Source: Flavobacteriaceae bacterium
Lineage (GTDB): Bacteria; Bacteroidota; Bacteroidia; Flavobacteriales; Flavobacteriaceae
Assembly (NCBI GenBank): GCA_965224465.1
Contig: OZ245049.1
Span: 4,260,001 to 4,292,000 of the forward strand
Direction: 5' to 3'
Length of the DNA stretch: 32,000 bases
Both the position numbers and the translations under genes were made by a program. The notes beneath the pieces were generated by a model, which saw only the letters and a program-made list of their open reading frames with translations, was not told the origin of the DNA and ran no database searches. Of this stretch, positions 18,553-27,475 are shown in pieces. Numbering within the stretch: position 1 is the first letter of the stretch; every line of letters begins with the position of its first letter.

Positions 18553-21222
18553 ATGCCAAAAGGAGTTAAAAAAATAAAGCTATACAAAGGAATGTACTAT
18601 CCGGACCAGTCGGCTTCATTAACCACGCAAGTTACTATACAGCCAGATCAGTTTGTCTCTTTTAAAGTAGAAGAATGGCTTCCGGACACTACGGAAGCTG
18701 AAAAAGAAGAAGGTGTATATTGGATGCGGCAATCACAAGATCGTAGAACAATTATATATAAAAATAAAGCTAAAGAGTATCAATTTAAAATAGGGAAAAA
18801 ATTATGTGGCCCTTATTCTTTTTATATAGAAGCGAGTAGGTCTGGAAACCGAGACTTTAAAAATAAAGCGGGTATATATGTAAGCGGATCTACAACAGCT
18901 CTTATAAAAGCGAGTGATTGGCGAAAAACAAAAAACGGAGAGGATATTAAAAATAGTGACCCTATAAAATATGGAGAACTAGTTTATTTATGGCTAGAAA
19001 CCGAAGGTCTAAACGGGGATGATGTAACAATTGAAATTTATAATAAAGCACTGGGAAGCGATGATTTAATTTTTACATACACAAATGTTACTATAGAAGA
19101 CGGGGAAGTGTTTCTTAAAATTGGAAATACTGCTTCTTGGATGGCTAAGGTTAATAACATAAGGGGAATAGAGAAATTTTGCATTAAAGTTAAGAAAGAT
19201 GGTAAATATATTCAAGACCATCTAGATGATGATATACATGCCGTATATCTTAATGTTAAAAAAGAATTAGCATCTGCTCAAACACTGCCTTCAGAAAATA
19301 TCACAGCTACTAAAGTGTTTAAAACTGAGGTAAATGCAGAACGCCACGACCCTTGCAGATTTACTGAAATTAAAGTAACTGAACTAAAAGAAAAAAACGG
19401 AAAATTAAAACCCATAACCATCTCTATTTTTAAGGATGGTCAAAAAAGAGAAGGACAAAGAATTATTAAGGAATATATAAACCGAATTATTAACTTTAAT
19501 TTTAATGATGCAAGTTTACGACCAGATGCTCAAAAAAAATTAAATAATATTTTAGGGTTTCTATTAGGGCATAAAGGAACAGAAATAACAATGAAAGGAC
19601 ACGCTTGTGTTATAGGTGATATAGATTTTAACAAATTACTATCGCAACAACGCAGCGATGCCGTTAAAGCTTTTTTTGTAAAAGGAGGTTTAGACGCTAG
19701 ACGAATGAATAGCTTAGGATTTGGAGAGTTTAATGTAGAAGAAGTTGATACTATTGCAAATAGAGACAAAGCCAGTTATATAAACTCACGTAAAGTGGAC
19801 GTATCCTTTACATTTGACGCCCATGATGCCAATACATTGGTTTATGAAACTGTAGCAGGAAGCGAAAAATATAGCACCGATTTAACGATTGATATTACAG
19901 ATTTTGATACAAAAGATTGCTTTAGAGATACAGATAAACACAATGAAAAAGTAATAATAGAAAGTGATGTAGCCAAAGAAGTAACCGCAAACGGAAAAAA
20001 AGGTATTTTATATCCCGTATTTTCTACGCTGCCAGACCAAAAAGATTTTTTTGATGCCAACTATTATGCTGCTTTAGAATATCTTTGGCCATCCAATGCA
20101 AAAAGTAATGAGTTTTATTTTTTCCTTAATTCGTGCCGGTATTATTCAAATAAAAAGAAAGCCACTCTTGTAGTAAAGACCTATCCAGATATAAAATGGA
20201 CACTGGCATTTGAATTAGCTATAAATATATCTCATAAGAAGTTTTCGAATATGCCAGAAGGAGCTATCTGGAATAAACATTGGAAAGATGCTCAGCCAGC
20301 AGGAGTTGCAAGAAGCCTTATTAATAGACGAAATAAAGAAGGAAAACTTACTCCAAAAGCTGGCGTACCAATTAAATGGGGGTTTGGTATTGAAGCGGAA
20401 TGGAATAAAAAGAATTCTAAACGTAAATTTAGTGCAGAAATAGAAAGTAAAATCAGGAAATTTACAGACACTGTAGAGGAAGTTGCAGGTGTACTAGACC
20501 AAGCCAGTGAATGGGGAAGAAATGCGGCCGAATTTACAGGATTACCAATTACATTTGATATTATATACCCTAAAGTTTCTTTTGGAATATCTTGGTATGC
20601 AGAAGGGGCTCAAAAAAACGGTAAACTAGCCACCGTTGGCGAAATTGGTTTTGCAGCAGATCCTTTAATTGGGGCAGTTGGCACTGTAGATTTAATTGCA
20701 GCAACCATATATGCCATCTCTATTGGAACAACAGGTAGTCCTGCTGTAGTAAAGCTATATAACAAGTTTACAGGGATTGCAGAAAACCTTGGTGCGAGTG
20801 TTGCCTTTGATGCTGTTTTTACAGGTGAATTGTTTATTAAATTTCCTAATTTACAAATACATAGTGTAAATGGTATTAAGCTTGACGGTGGGTTTGATCT
20901 TGGGGGAAAATTTACTATGGCTATAAGATTAGAAATTAGTATAGAAGTTGGTAAAATAGAATCTTCAAAAAAAGCTCCAATTATAAAAATAAGTGTATCT
21001 GCTATAATGCAAATAGGATTTGGTGGTTCGCTAAAGATTGATTCAGACAAATATGGCGTGTATATAATACCTAAAGTTGAGTTTTCGGGTGCAAAAATTG
21101 TAGCAGAAATTAAAGGAGAATTTGGCTGGTGGAGTTGGATGGGCGTCAGTTATACTCTAGAAGAAGTGATTATCGAGCCTAGTTCGTACACAATGGATAA
21201 AACATATATTTCAGGAAGTTAA
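18553..21222 (+). CDS. large putative T6SS effector: unknown N-terminal region, degenerate OmpA-like domain, Gly-rich amphipathic C-terminal domain (candidate membrane-active toxin)
   Basis: 889 aa. The OmpA_C-like block spans ~19480-19815 (FNFNDASLRPDAQKKLNNILGFLLGHKGTEITMKGHACVIGDIDFNKLLSQQRSDAVKAFFVKGGLDARRMNSLGFGE...NSRKVDVSF). The C-terminal ~250 aa are rich in G/A/I/V with alternating beta-like patterns (GAVGTVDLIAATIYAISIGTTGSPA...GFGGSLKIDSD...). Confidence 0.6.
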   Translation: MPKGVKKIKLYKGMYYPDQSASLTTQVTIQPDQFVSFKVEEWLPDTTEAEKEEGVYWMRQSQDRRTIIYKNKAKEYQFKIGKKLCGPYSFYIEASRSGNRDFKNKAGIYVSGSTTALIKASDWRKTKNGEDIKNSDPIKYGELVYLWLETEGLNGDDVTIEIYNKALGSDDLIFTYTNVTIEDGEVFLKIGNTASWMAKVNNIRGIEKFCIKVKKDGKYIQDHLDDDIHAVYLNVKKELASAQTLPSENITATKVFKTEVNAERHDPCRFTEIKVTELKEKNGKLKPITISIFKDGQKREGQRIIKEYINRIINFNFNDASLRPDAQKKLNNILGFLLGHKGTEITMKGHACVIGDIDFNKLLSQQRSDAVKAFFVKGGLDARRMNSLGFGEFNVEEVDTIANRDKASYINSRKVDVSFTFDAHDANTLVYETVAGSEKYSTDLTIDITDFDTKDCFRDTDKHNEKVIIESDVAKEVTANGKKGILYPVFSTLPDQKDFFDANYYAALEYLWPSNAKSNEFYFFLNSCRYYSNKKKATLVVKTYPDIKWTLAFELAINISHKKFSNMPEGAIWNKHWKDAQPAGVARSLINRRNKEGKLTPKAGVPIKWGFGIEAEWNKKNSKRKFSAEIESKIRKFTDTVEEVAGVLDQASEWGRNAAEFTGLPITFDIIYPKVSFGISWYAEGAQKNGKLATVGEIGFAADPLIGAVGTVDLIAATIYAISIGTTGSPAVVKLYNKFTGIAENLGASVAFDAVFTGELFIKFPNLQIHSVNGIKLDGGFDLGGKFTMAIRLEISIEVGKIESSKKAPIIKISVSAIMQIGFGGSLKIDSDKYGVYIIPKVEFSGAKIVAEIKGEFGWWSWMGVSYTLEEVIIEPSSYTMDKTYISGS

Positions 21223-21234
21223 AAAATAATAATT

Positions 21235-22095
21235 ATGAAAAACACAAAATTTGAAAAACCATATTACTCAATTTATGTTTACGAATTGAGTGCAGGTGAA
21301 ATATGGGTGAATGATGTGCCTCTTTTAAATTGGAAAGGACCACAAACTACGGATGGTGTGTATAATGGGAACATACCTATTAATCAAGTAGTATTACAGA
21401 ATGGTGTTTATGAGTTGAAGTGTATATTAAAGCCTCACTATGGTCAAAAAAAGTTGGTTAATACTATTGAGTCCTCTGTTTACACTATTGGGTTTCGTTG
21501 TAGACATGTAGATAATATAAAAAGTGGTATAAATGTAAATGGAGATGTTTATATTATGGAAAGACCTTATCAAAAGAGTTCTTCTGATTATAACTGGAAA
21601 GATCCCCTTATTAATTTAGAAGTGTATGTTGATGTGACGAAATTAACAATTACAGAACTCCCTTTTGTATTAGATGGTTGGCAAAACTCTGTAGATTTAT
21701 CTAAAATTAAAGAAAAGGTGCTGTTTCAAGAGGTTTTAGACTATTATCGCCAAATACATGCTATAATGGCTGCACACAATGCAACTAAGTTTTTAGAATT
21801 ATCTGAAGAAAAAATGAAACTGCAAGAACAAGCATTTTACTTTACCGAAGAGCGCAAAAAAAGCTTTAGAGCAGGAGCCATAAGTTTATTTAGTCAAAAA
21901 CTAGCGCCATTACCATTGGTTCCTTCAAATTTAAAATTACAAATTATGGGATATGGTAAATTAGTGCGCCTATTACAATTAGATGGGAGTGCTGCATTAC
22001 AATACGCAAGTCCAAAACCAGCGGAGCAAAGCAATATAGAGCTGGATGTAAAACTACACATGCGGAGTCAAGATAAAGGACTTAGTGTAATTTAA
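21235..22095 (+). CDS. 286-aa protein of unknown function, no signal peptide, paralogue A
   Basis: ORF lies 12 nt after the effector stop. It is paralogous to 22588..23448 and distantly to 30899..31675. Confidence 0.6.
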   Translation: MKNTKFEKPYYSIYVYELSAGEIWVNDVPLLNWKGPQTTDGVYNGNIPINQVVLQNGVYELKCILKPHYGQKKLVNTIESSVYTIGFRCRHVDNIKSGINVNGDVYIMERPYQKSSSDYNWKDPLINLEVYVDVTKLTITELPFVLDGWQNSVDLSKIKEKVLFQEVLDYYRQIHAIMAAHNATKFLELSEEKMKLQEQAFYFTEERKKSFRAGAISLFSQKLAPLPLVPSNLKLQIMGYGKLVRLLQLDGSAALQYASPKPAEQSNIELDVKLHMRSQDKGLSVI

Positions 22096-22106
22096 AACCT
22101 TATTTT

Positions 22107-22583
22107 ATGCAACGAAGAAACTTTATGAAAAACATAGCCATAAGTACAATTGGCATTTCATTTTCAGGAATTTTATTAAATTGCGCTGGAAAAGTAATGT
22201 ATTTGGATACTTTAATAGGACAAGCTGAGGATGTACTAAAAGGATTTGAAAAAGAAGGCGACAGCAATTTCTCCTATTATATTATTTCGAGTTTTGAGCA
22301 TTCTTTTTTTTCAGGGGATGTGGTTTTTGTTTTTTGTAAAAACAATACAATAGTTGGTTTTTCAGTGAAAAGAAACAATAATAAAGCAAGCAAAGAGATA
22401 GAAGCATTGTCAGAATTGTATGGTACTAAAAAAATAACCTACGAGAGTGACTTTGGAATAGAATACCAATGGAAAACAGCTGATAGAAGAATTTCTTTAA
22501 GCCATACTAAAACGTATAAAGACTTTCCTCAAAACACCTTCTATAGCGAAGCTTTATTAGATAGTAAACTGATTGTAGTGTAA
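22107..22583 (+). CDS. 158-aa lipoprotein with Tat-like signal, candidate immunity protein
   Basis: MQRRNFMKNIAISTIGISFSGILLNCAG carries a twin-arginine RRxF(L/M)K motif plus a lipobox-like LLNC. Confidence 0.6.
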   Translation: MQRRNFMKNIAISTIGISFSGILLNCAGKVMYLDTLIGQAEDVLKGFEKEGDSNFSYYIISSFEHSFFSGDVVFVFCKNNTIVGFSVKRNNNKASKEIEALSELYGTKKITYESDFGIEYQWKTADRRISLSHTKTYKDFPQNTFYSEALLDSKLIVV

Positions 22584-22587
22584 AATT

Positions 22588-23448
22588 ATGGAAAACACAA
22601 AATTTGAAAAACCATATTACTCAATTTATGTATATGAGCTTAGTGCAGGAGAAATTTGGGTGAATGATGTACCACTAGTTCGTTGGGTAGGACTTCAAAC
22701 GGCTGATGGTGACTATATTGGGGAAATACCAATCAATCAAGTTGTTTTAGAAAATGGAGAATATGAATTAGAATGTAAATTATTGCCTAGGTATGGTAAT
22801 AAACTTTTAGGAAATTCATCCTCTTACGATTTATATAACATCGCATTTCAATGTAGAGAAGTAAATGTTTTAAAAAGTAGTATTGTCTTTCATCCTGAAA
22901 TAGACACGCCCTCTTCTGGAAATTGGGATGAAAATAAGAAAAAATTTATTAGCGACGTATTTAATGATTTACCAGTATACATTTCAAAAACCAAATTTAA
23001 AATAACAGAACTCCCTTTTGTATTAGATGGTTGGCAAAACTCTGTAGATTTATCTAAAATTAAAGAAAAGGTGCTGTTTCAAGATGTTTTAGACTATTAT
23101 CGCCAAATACATGCTATAATGGCTGCACACAATGCAACTAAGTTTTTAGAAATATCTGAAGAAAAAATGAAACTGCAAGAACAAGCATTTTACTTTACCG
23201 AGGAGCGTAAAAAAAGCTTTAGAGCAGGAGCCATAAGTTTATTTAGTCAAAAACTAGCACCATTACCATTGGTTCCTTCAAATTTAAAATTGCAAATTAT
23301 GGGATATGGTAGATTAGTGCGCCTGTTGCAATTAGATGGGAGTGCTGCTTTACAATACGCAAGTCCAAAACCAGAAGAACAAAGCAATATAGAGTTGGAT
23401 GTAAAACTACACATGCGAAGTCAAGAAAAAGGATTTAGTATAATTTAA
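22588..23448 (+). CDS. 286-aa protein of unknown function, paralogue B
   Basis: The C-terminal half, from ITELPFVLDGWQNS onward, is almost identical to paralogue A at both nucleotide and protein level. The N-terminal half is much more diverged. Confidence 0.6.
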   Translation: MENTKFEKPYYSIYVYELSAGEIWVNDVPLVRWVGLQTADGDYIGEIPINQVVLENGEYELECKLLPRYGNKLLGNSSSYDLYNIAFQCREVNVLKSSIVFHPEIDTPSSGNWDENKKKFISDVFNDLPVYISKTKFKITELPFVLDGWQNSVDLSKIKEKVLFQDVLDYYRQIHAIMAAHNATKFLEISEEKMKLQEQAFYFTEERKKSFRAGAISLFSQKLAPLPLVPSNLKLQIMGYGRLVRLLQLDGSAALQYASPKPEEQSNIELDVKLHMRSQEKGFSII

Positions 23449-23533
23449 AGATTATTTTATGCAACGAAGAAACTTTATAAAAAATACAGCAATAGGTGTT
23501 ATCGGTATTTCTTTTTCAGGAATTCTATTAAAT

Positions 23534-24658
23534 CTTAAATTCAACTAATAAACGCAACTTTTCGATTTGATTCTATGATGGTTATATTTTCAAAACAGAA
23601 AAGTAGGAAAACCTACCTTTCTTGTCTTGATGGATATGTATCTTACGGTCTCAAATCTCGAAAAAAGAAGTTGTATGAAACACATCACCCAAGCGCAAAG
23701 ATACACAATTTGTTGCATGTTAAAACAAGGTTATAAACAGGTTGAGATAGCAGCTGCTATAGGAAAAGACAAGTCTGTTATTAGCAAAGAGATTAAGCGT
23801 AATTCAGACAAAAGAAATGGAGTTTACAAGCATGAATTAGCCCAAAAAAAGTATGCTAAACGTCATAAAGAAAAGCCTAAAAGAAAACGCTTTACAGAAG
23901 ATATTCAACAAGCAATAGAGTTGTTATTGCGAGACGATTATAGTCCTGAGCAAGTAGTTGGTGTCCTAAAAAAACAAGGTAAAGAAACGGTGTCTATTGA
24001 GCGTATATATCAGCATATTAGGGAAGACAAGAGGAATGATGGTGATTTACATACACACCTTCGCAGACAGGGAAGGAGATATAGAAAACGTGGCTCATCA
24101 AAGGATTCTAGAGGGGTTATAAAGAATCGTATTAGTATAGAACAACGCCCTGAAGTTGTTGAACAAAGAAATCGATTTGGAGATTTAGAGGTCGATTTAA
24201 TCATAGGTAAAAACCATAATCAAGCCATACTTACCGTAAATGATAGAGCTTCTGGAATGCTTAAAATGAAAAAAGTAAGCTCTAAAGAAGCAGTTGTTGT
24301 CACTAAAGCTATCAATGAAATATTAGAAGACTGGAAGCCTTATCTACATACTATAACAGCTGATAATGGAAAAGAATTTGCAGGCCATGAGCAGGTTGCA
24401 GAAAATTTATGTATTGATTACTTTTTTGCGCATCCATATCACTCTTGGGAAAGAGGATCTAACGAAAATTTAAATGGTTTGATTAGACAATATTTTGCCA
24501 AAGGAAGTGACTTTACAAACCTAACAGATCAAAGAATCAAAGAGGTAGAAACAAAATTAAATAACAGACCTAGGAAGAGACATAAATATCAAAACCCTAT
24601 ATTTGTAATGGAACAATTATTATTTAACTAAAAGTTGCGTTTGTGACTTGAATTCAGC
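23534..24658 (+). mobile_element. IS30-family insertion sequence
   Basis: ~1125 bp. Imperfect ~25-bp TIRs (AATTCAAsTmAyAAACGCAACTTTT). The 3-bp AAT is duplicated at 23531-23533 and 24659-24661. A single transposase ORF is present. Confidence 0.85.
23675..24631 (+). CDS. IS30-family DDE transposase
   Basis: N-terminal HTH MKHITQAQRYTICCMLKQGYKQVEIAAAIGKDKSVISKEIKRN. DDE region contains LEVDLIIG, ITADNGKEF and HPYHSWERGSNENLNGLIRQYF. The track ORF begins at a TTG at 23627; the ATG at 23675 is preferred. Confidence 0.9.
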   Translation: MKHITQAQRYTICCMLKQGYKQVEIAAAIGKDKSVISKEIKRNSDKRNGVYKHELAQKKYAKRHKEKPKRKRFTEDIQQAIELLLRDDYSPEQVVGVLKKQGKETVSIERIYQHIREDKRNDGDLHTHLRRQGRRYRKRGSSKDSRGVIKNRISIEQRPEVVEQRNRFGDLEVDLIIGKNHNQAILTVNDRASGMLKMKKVSSKEAVVVTKAINEILEDWKPYLHTITADNGKEFAGHEQVAENLCIDYFFAHPYHSWERGSNENLNGLIRQYFAKGSDFTNLTDQRIKEVETKLNNRPRKRHKYQNPIFVMEQLLFN

Positions 24659-25067
24659 AATTGCTCTGGAGAAGTAATGTCTTTAGATAATTTAATCGGG
24701 CAATCAGAAGATATACTAAAAGGGTATAACAAAGAAGGCGACAGCAATTTCTCCTATTATATTATTTCGAGTTTTGAACATTCTTTTTTTTCAGGGGAAA
24801 AAGTTTTTGTTTTTTGTGAAAACAATACAATAGTTGGTTTTTCGGTAAAAAGAAACAACAATAAAGCAAGCAAAGAAATAGAAGCATTGTCAGAATTATA
24901 TGGAACTAAAAAAATAACCTACGAGAGTGACTTTGGAATTGAATACCAATGGAAAACAGCTGCTAGAAGAATTTCTTTAAGCCATACCAAAACGTATAAA
25001 GACTTTCCTCAAAACACCTTCTATAGCGAAGCTTTACTAGATAGTAAACTGATTGTAGTGTAAAATT

Positions 25068-25139
25068 ATGGAAAACACAAAATTTGAAAAGCTCTTTTAC
25101 TCTGTTTATATTTATGGGTTGAGTGCAGGATCTAAGTAA
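25068..25139 (+). pseudogene. remnant (first 21 codons) of a third 286-aa family copy
   Basis: MENTKFEKLFYSVYIYGLSAG matches the paralogue N-termini. Homology stops at 25130, where sequence related to the effector gene begins. Confidence 0.75.
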
Positions 25140-26823
25140 ATCAATTGTCTCTTTTAAAGTAGAAGAATGGCTTCTGGGCACAACCGAAGCTGAAAAAAGA
25201 AGCGATGCTATAAAGGCTTTTTTTGCAAAAGGAAAACTAGATCCAGACCGTATTACATCTGTAGGTTATGGAGAAGCTAATCGTAAAGATAAGGATTCTT
25301 CCGCATTTATAAACGAAAAGGATTATATAGAGGCGAGGCGGGTAGATATTTCTTTTAACATTCCAGTGCATCAAGCAATAGTTTATGAAACTATTGCCCC
25401 AAGTCATAAAAAAAACATCACTATAGATGTTACGGATTTTGATACAAAAGATTGTTTTAGAGAAGCAAACAAGCATAAAGTAGAAATCCTGGTACTATCG
25501 GACAATGCAACAGAAAAAAACGGAGCTAACTCTTTAGAGTTCCCCATACAATCCACCTTGTCAGCAGCAAACCCAGCTCCTTTACAATATATCTGGCCAA
25601 AATACAACCTAATTAATCCAGAAAAAAGCATGGACGCTGCAGCAACCTATATTGCGCATATACATAGTTGTCGGTATTTTTTTAATGCTCATACCCCTAC
25701 AGTGGTTGTAAAAGCATATCCTGATATTAAGTGGGATTTTCACTTATTTTTAAATTTAAGTAATAGTTTGGCTGTGAAATCGCAAAACCTTTCTCCTGCA
25801 CAACATAAAAAAATGCAAAGTAATGCAGGGAAAATTGGCGCCGAAAAACGCTGGAAACAAACCGATATAGATTTTGGTGTTGTACTTGCCGCAAAATGGG
25901 ATAAAAACCCAACTACAAGTAATTATGGAAGTGAATTAGACCTCACATTAAAATGGGAAGATAAGATAAAACGTTTTTATCAGATTTTTTCTCAATTAAA
26001 AGAAGCTTCTAAAATAATAGCTGGAAAAACAAAAAGTACAGCTGGAAAAACAGTTGGTAAAAAATTTCCTTTAGACGTTGATGTTTTACCTCCTAATTTA
26101 TGTCTAGGTGTCGAATGGCAATTGGAAAGAGGTATAAAAAATAATAAAGAAAGTACAGAGTTAGGGACATTATTAAAGTTTTATTTTAAAGCAGAGCCAC
26201 TTCTAGGAATAGAGCTAACTTTTGATTTGTTAAATGCTGCTGTTACAGCCGTAGCAAGTCCAGCTGCGGCTTTAATTGTTTCAGAAATAAGAGATTGGCT
26301 AAAAGGTGATGATGATGAAAACAGACCACTATCAATCGATATATATCTTAATTTAGTTGTTTTTGGTACAATTCAAATCTCAGATTTATCATTACAATAC
26401 AACACCGCTTCTGATAGTACAGATCCAAAACAAAAAGCACAATTAGACGCATCTGCAACTGTAGGTTTAAAGATAGAAGCAGGCTTGGTTGTAAAAGCCA
26501 GATTAGTAGTAATAGTAGGCGAATTTTATGCACAAGCCTACGCTAAGTTTGAAGGTTTAGGCTCTATAACCTTTGGGCATAAGTTAGTACATCAAACTAG
26601 TAAATTATACTATAGACCTAAACTAATGTTTGATGGTGTCACGGCTAAGGTAGAAATTAAAGCGGAAATAGGACTTTTAATTAAAAAGGGATGGTTTGAA
26701 GGTGATTATAATAAAGATCTAGTAGATTTTAACGAAAAATATGAATTGTTTAAACCTTTTGACATCATTGAAGGCATAGAAAAATTAACAGGATTAAGTG
26801 CGAATATAACACTCTTAGGATAA
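25123..26823 (+). CDS. orphan effector cassette 1: 5'-truncated, internally deleted paralogue of the 889-aa effector
   Basis: Only a GTG start is available. SIVSFKVEEWLLGTTEAEK matches main-gene codons at ~18653-18705. The sequence then jumps in frame to RSDAIKAFFAKGKLD (main-gene 19651 onward), so about 315 codons are missing. The rest is collinear but diverged over the full C-terminal domain. Confidence 0.7.
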   Translation: MQDLSKSIVSFKVEEWLLGTTEAEKRSDAIKAFFAKGKLDPDRITSVGYGEANRKDKDSSAFINEKDYIEARRVDISFNIPVHQAIVYETIAPSHKKNITIDVTDFDTKDCFREANKHKVEILVLSDNATEKNGANSLEFPIQSTLSAANPAPLQYIWPKYNLINPEKSMDAAATYIAHIHSCRYFFNAHTPTVVVKAYPDIKWDFHLFLNLSNSLAVKSQNLSPAQHKKMQSNAGKIGAEKRWKQTDIDFGVVLAAKWDKNPTTSNYGSELDLTLKWEDKIKRFYQIFSQLKEASKIIAGKTKSTAGKTVGKKFPLDVDVLPPNLCLGVEWQLERGIKNNKESTELGTLLKFYFKAEPLLGIELTFDLLNAAVTAVASPAAALIVSEIRDWLKGDDDENRPLSIDIYLNLVVFGTIQISDLSLQYNTASDSTDPKQKAQLDASATVGLKIEAGLVVKARLVVIVGEFYAQAYAKFEGLGSITFGHKLVHQTSKLYYRPKLMFDGVTAKVEIKAEIGLLIKKGWFEGDYNKDLVDFNEKYELFKPFDIIEGIEKLTGLSANITLLG

Positions 26824-26881
26824 TATTTATAAAATGGATTATAATAATTAAAACGAACATGCTTAATAACAATTATAAAAA

Positions 26882-27475
26882 ATGAACAAACTATTTAAAA
26901 TATTTTTAATGGCTTCTATGATGCAAAGTTGTGGATCGCAAACAGATTTTGATTTAACGCAACTAACTCTAAAAGGAGAAAAAATTGGAGACTTTGTTAC
27001 AAAGGACATGACAAAACAGGTATACCCATTAGTCAATAAAACAGTTACAGATAAAGAATATATAATTGTCAAAAGTGATAAGTTGCTAAAATTTAATAGC
27101 ACAAATTTAATTGGACGTCAAAATCCAAATAGTCATAAATATGGTATAAATGGGGTGTCTTTTTATTATACTAAAGTAGATAGTATCATTTATAAATATA
27201 CAATTTCTATTTATTCTAAAAAACAAGCAAAAGACCTACTTAAGGCTTTATATGAAAAATTGGGTAAACCTAACTACACTAGCTATAGGAGTGCTGAAGA
27301 TAAAGAAAAGAATAATTTTAACGCCTTGCTATGGGAGGATACTGTAAATAATCACTTATATCAACTTCGATATGGTTTAAACGGTACAGTAAAGGCAAAT
27401 TTAGAAGTGAAAAATAACTCTACAAACATTCAAGAGTTAAATATAATCAGGGCAAACTCACACTTTAATGCTTAA
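26882..27475 (+). CDS. lipoprotein, candidate immunity for orphan 1; 3' end displaced by ISAs1 insertion
   Basis: Signal and lipobox are MNKLFKIFLMASMMQSC. The last 9 codons and the stop are supplied by IS sequence. The native continuation resumes at 28685 and ends at 28820 (GSFGYWEDFLYTRQQQKNLKYSYQEYLSERLKNDSNDFKNQLTK*). Confidence 0.65.
   Translation: MNKLFKIFLMASMMQSCGSQTDFDLTQLTLKGEKIGDFVTKDMTKQVYPLVNKTVTDKEYIIVKSDKLLKFNSTNLIGRQNPNSHKYGINGVSFYYTKVDSIIYKYTISIYSKKQAKDLLKALYEKLGKPNYTSYRSAEDKEKNNFNALLWEDTVNNHLYQLRYGLNGTVKANLEVKNNSTNIQELNIIRANSHFNA

Larger units (their letters stand above)
23459..25063 (+). pseudogene. second copy of the 158-aa Tat-lipoprotein gene, split by an IS30-family insertion
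   Basis: The 5' 25 codons are MQRRNFIKNTAIGVIGISFSGILLN (23459-23533). The gene resumes at 24659 after the duplicated AAT with CSGEVMSLDNLIGQ... and runs to 25063. It is collinear with 22107..22583. Confidence 0.8.

Noticed and set aside
11611-21222. An alternative reading of the locus as an extracellular contractile injection system (eCIS), because of the LysM-like and PAAR-like genes
   Set aside because: No sheath, baseplate or tail-tube/tape-measure genes are in the window. The tube protein has the Bacteroidota TssD pattern as I recall it, and the layout hcp-vgrG-effector-immunity is typical of T6SS auxiliary clusters. This cannot be fully excluded without the rest of the genome.
25123-25125. 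The GVG-type reading of GTG at 25123 as a genuine translation start of orphan cassette 1
   Set aside because: It lies inside the remnant of another gene, at a recombination junction, with no independent evidence of initiation. The ORF is treated as a probably silent cassette rather than a normally expressed gene.
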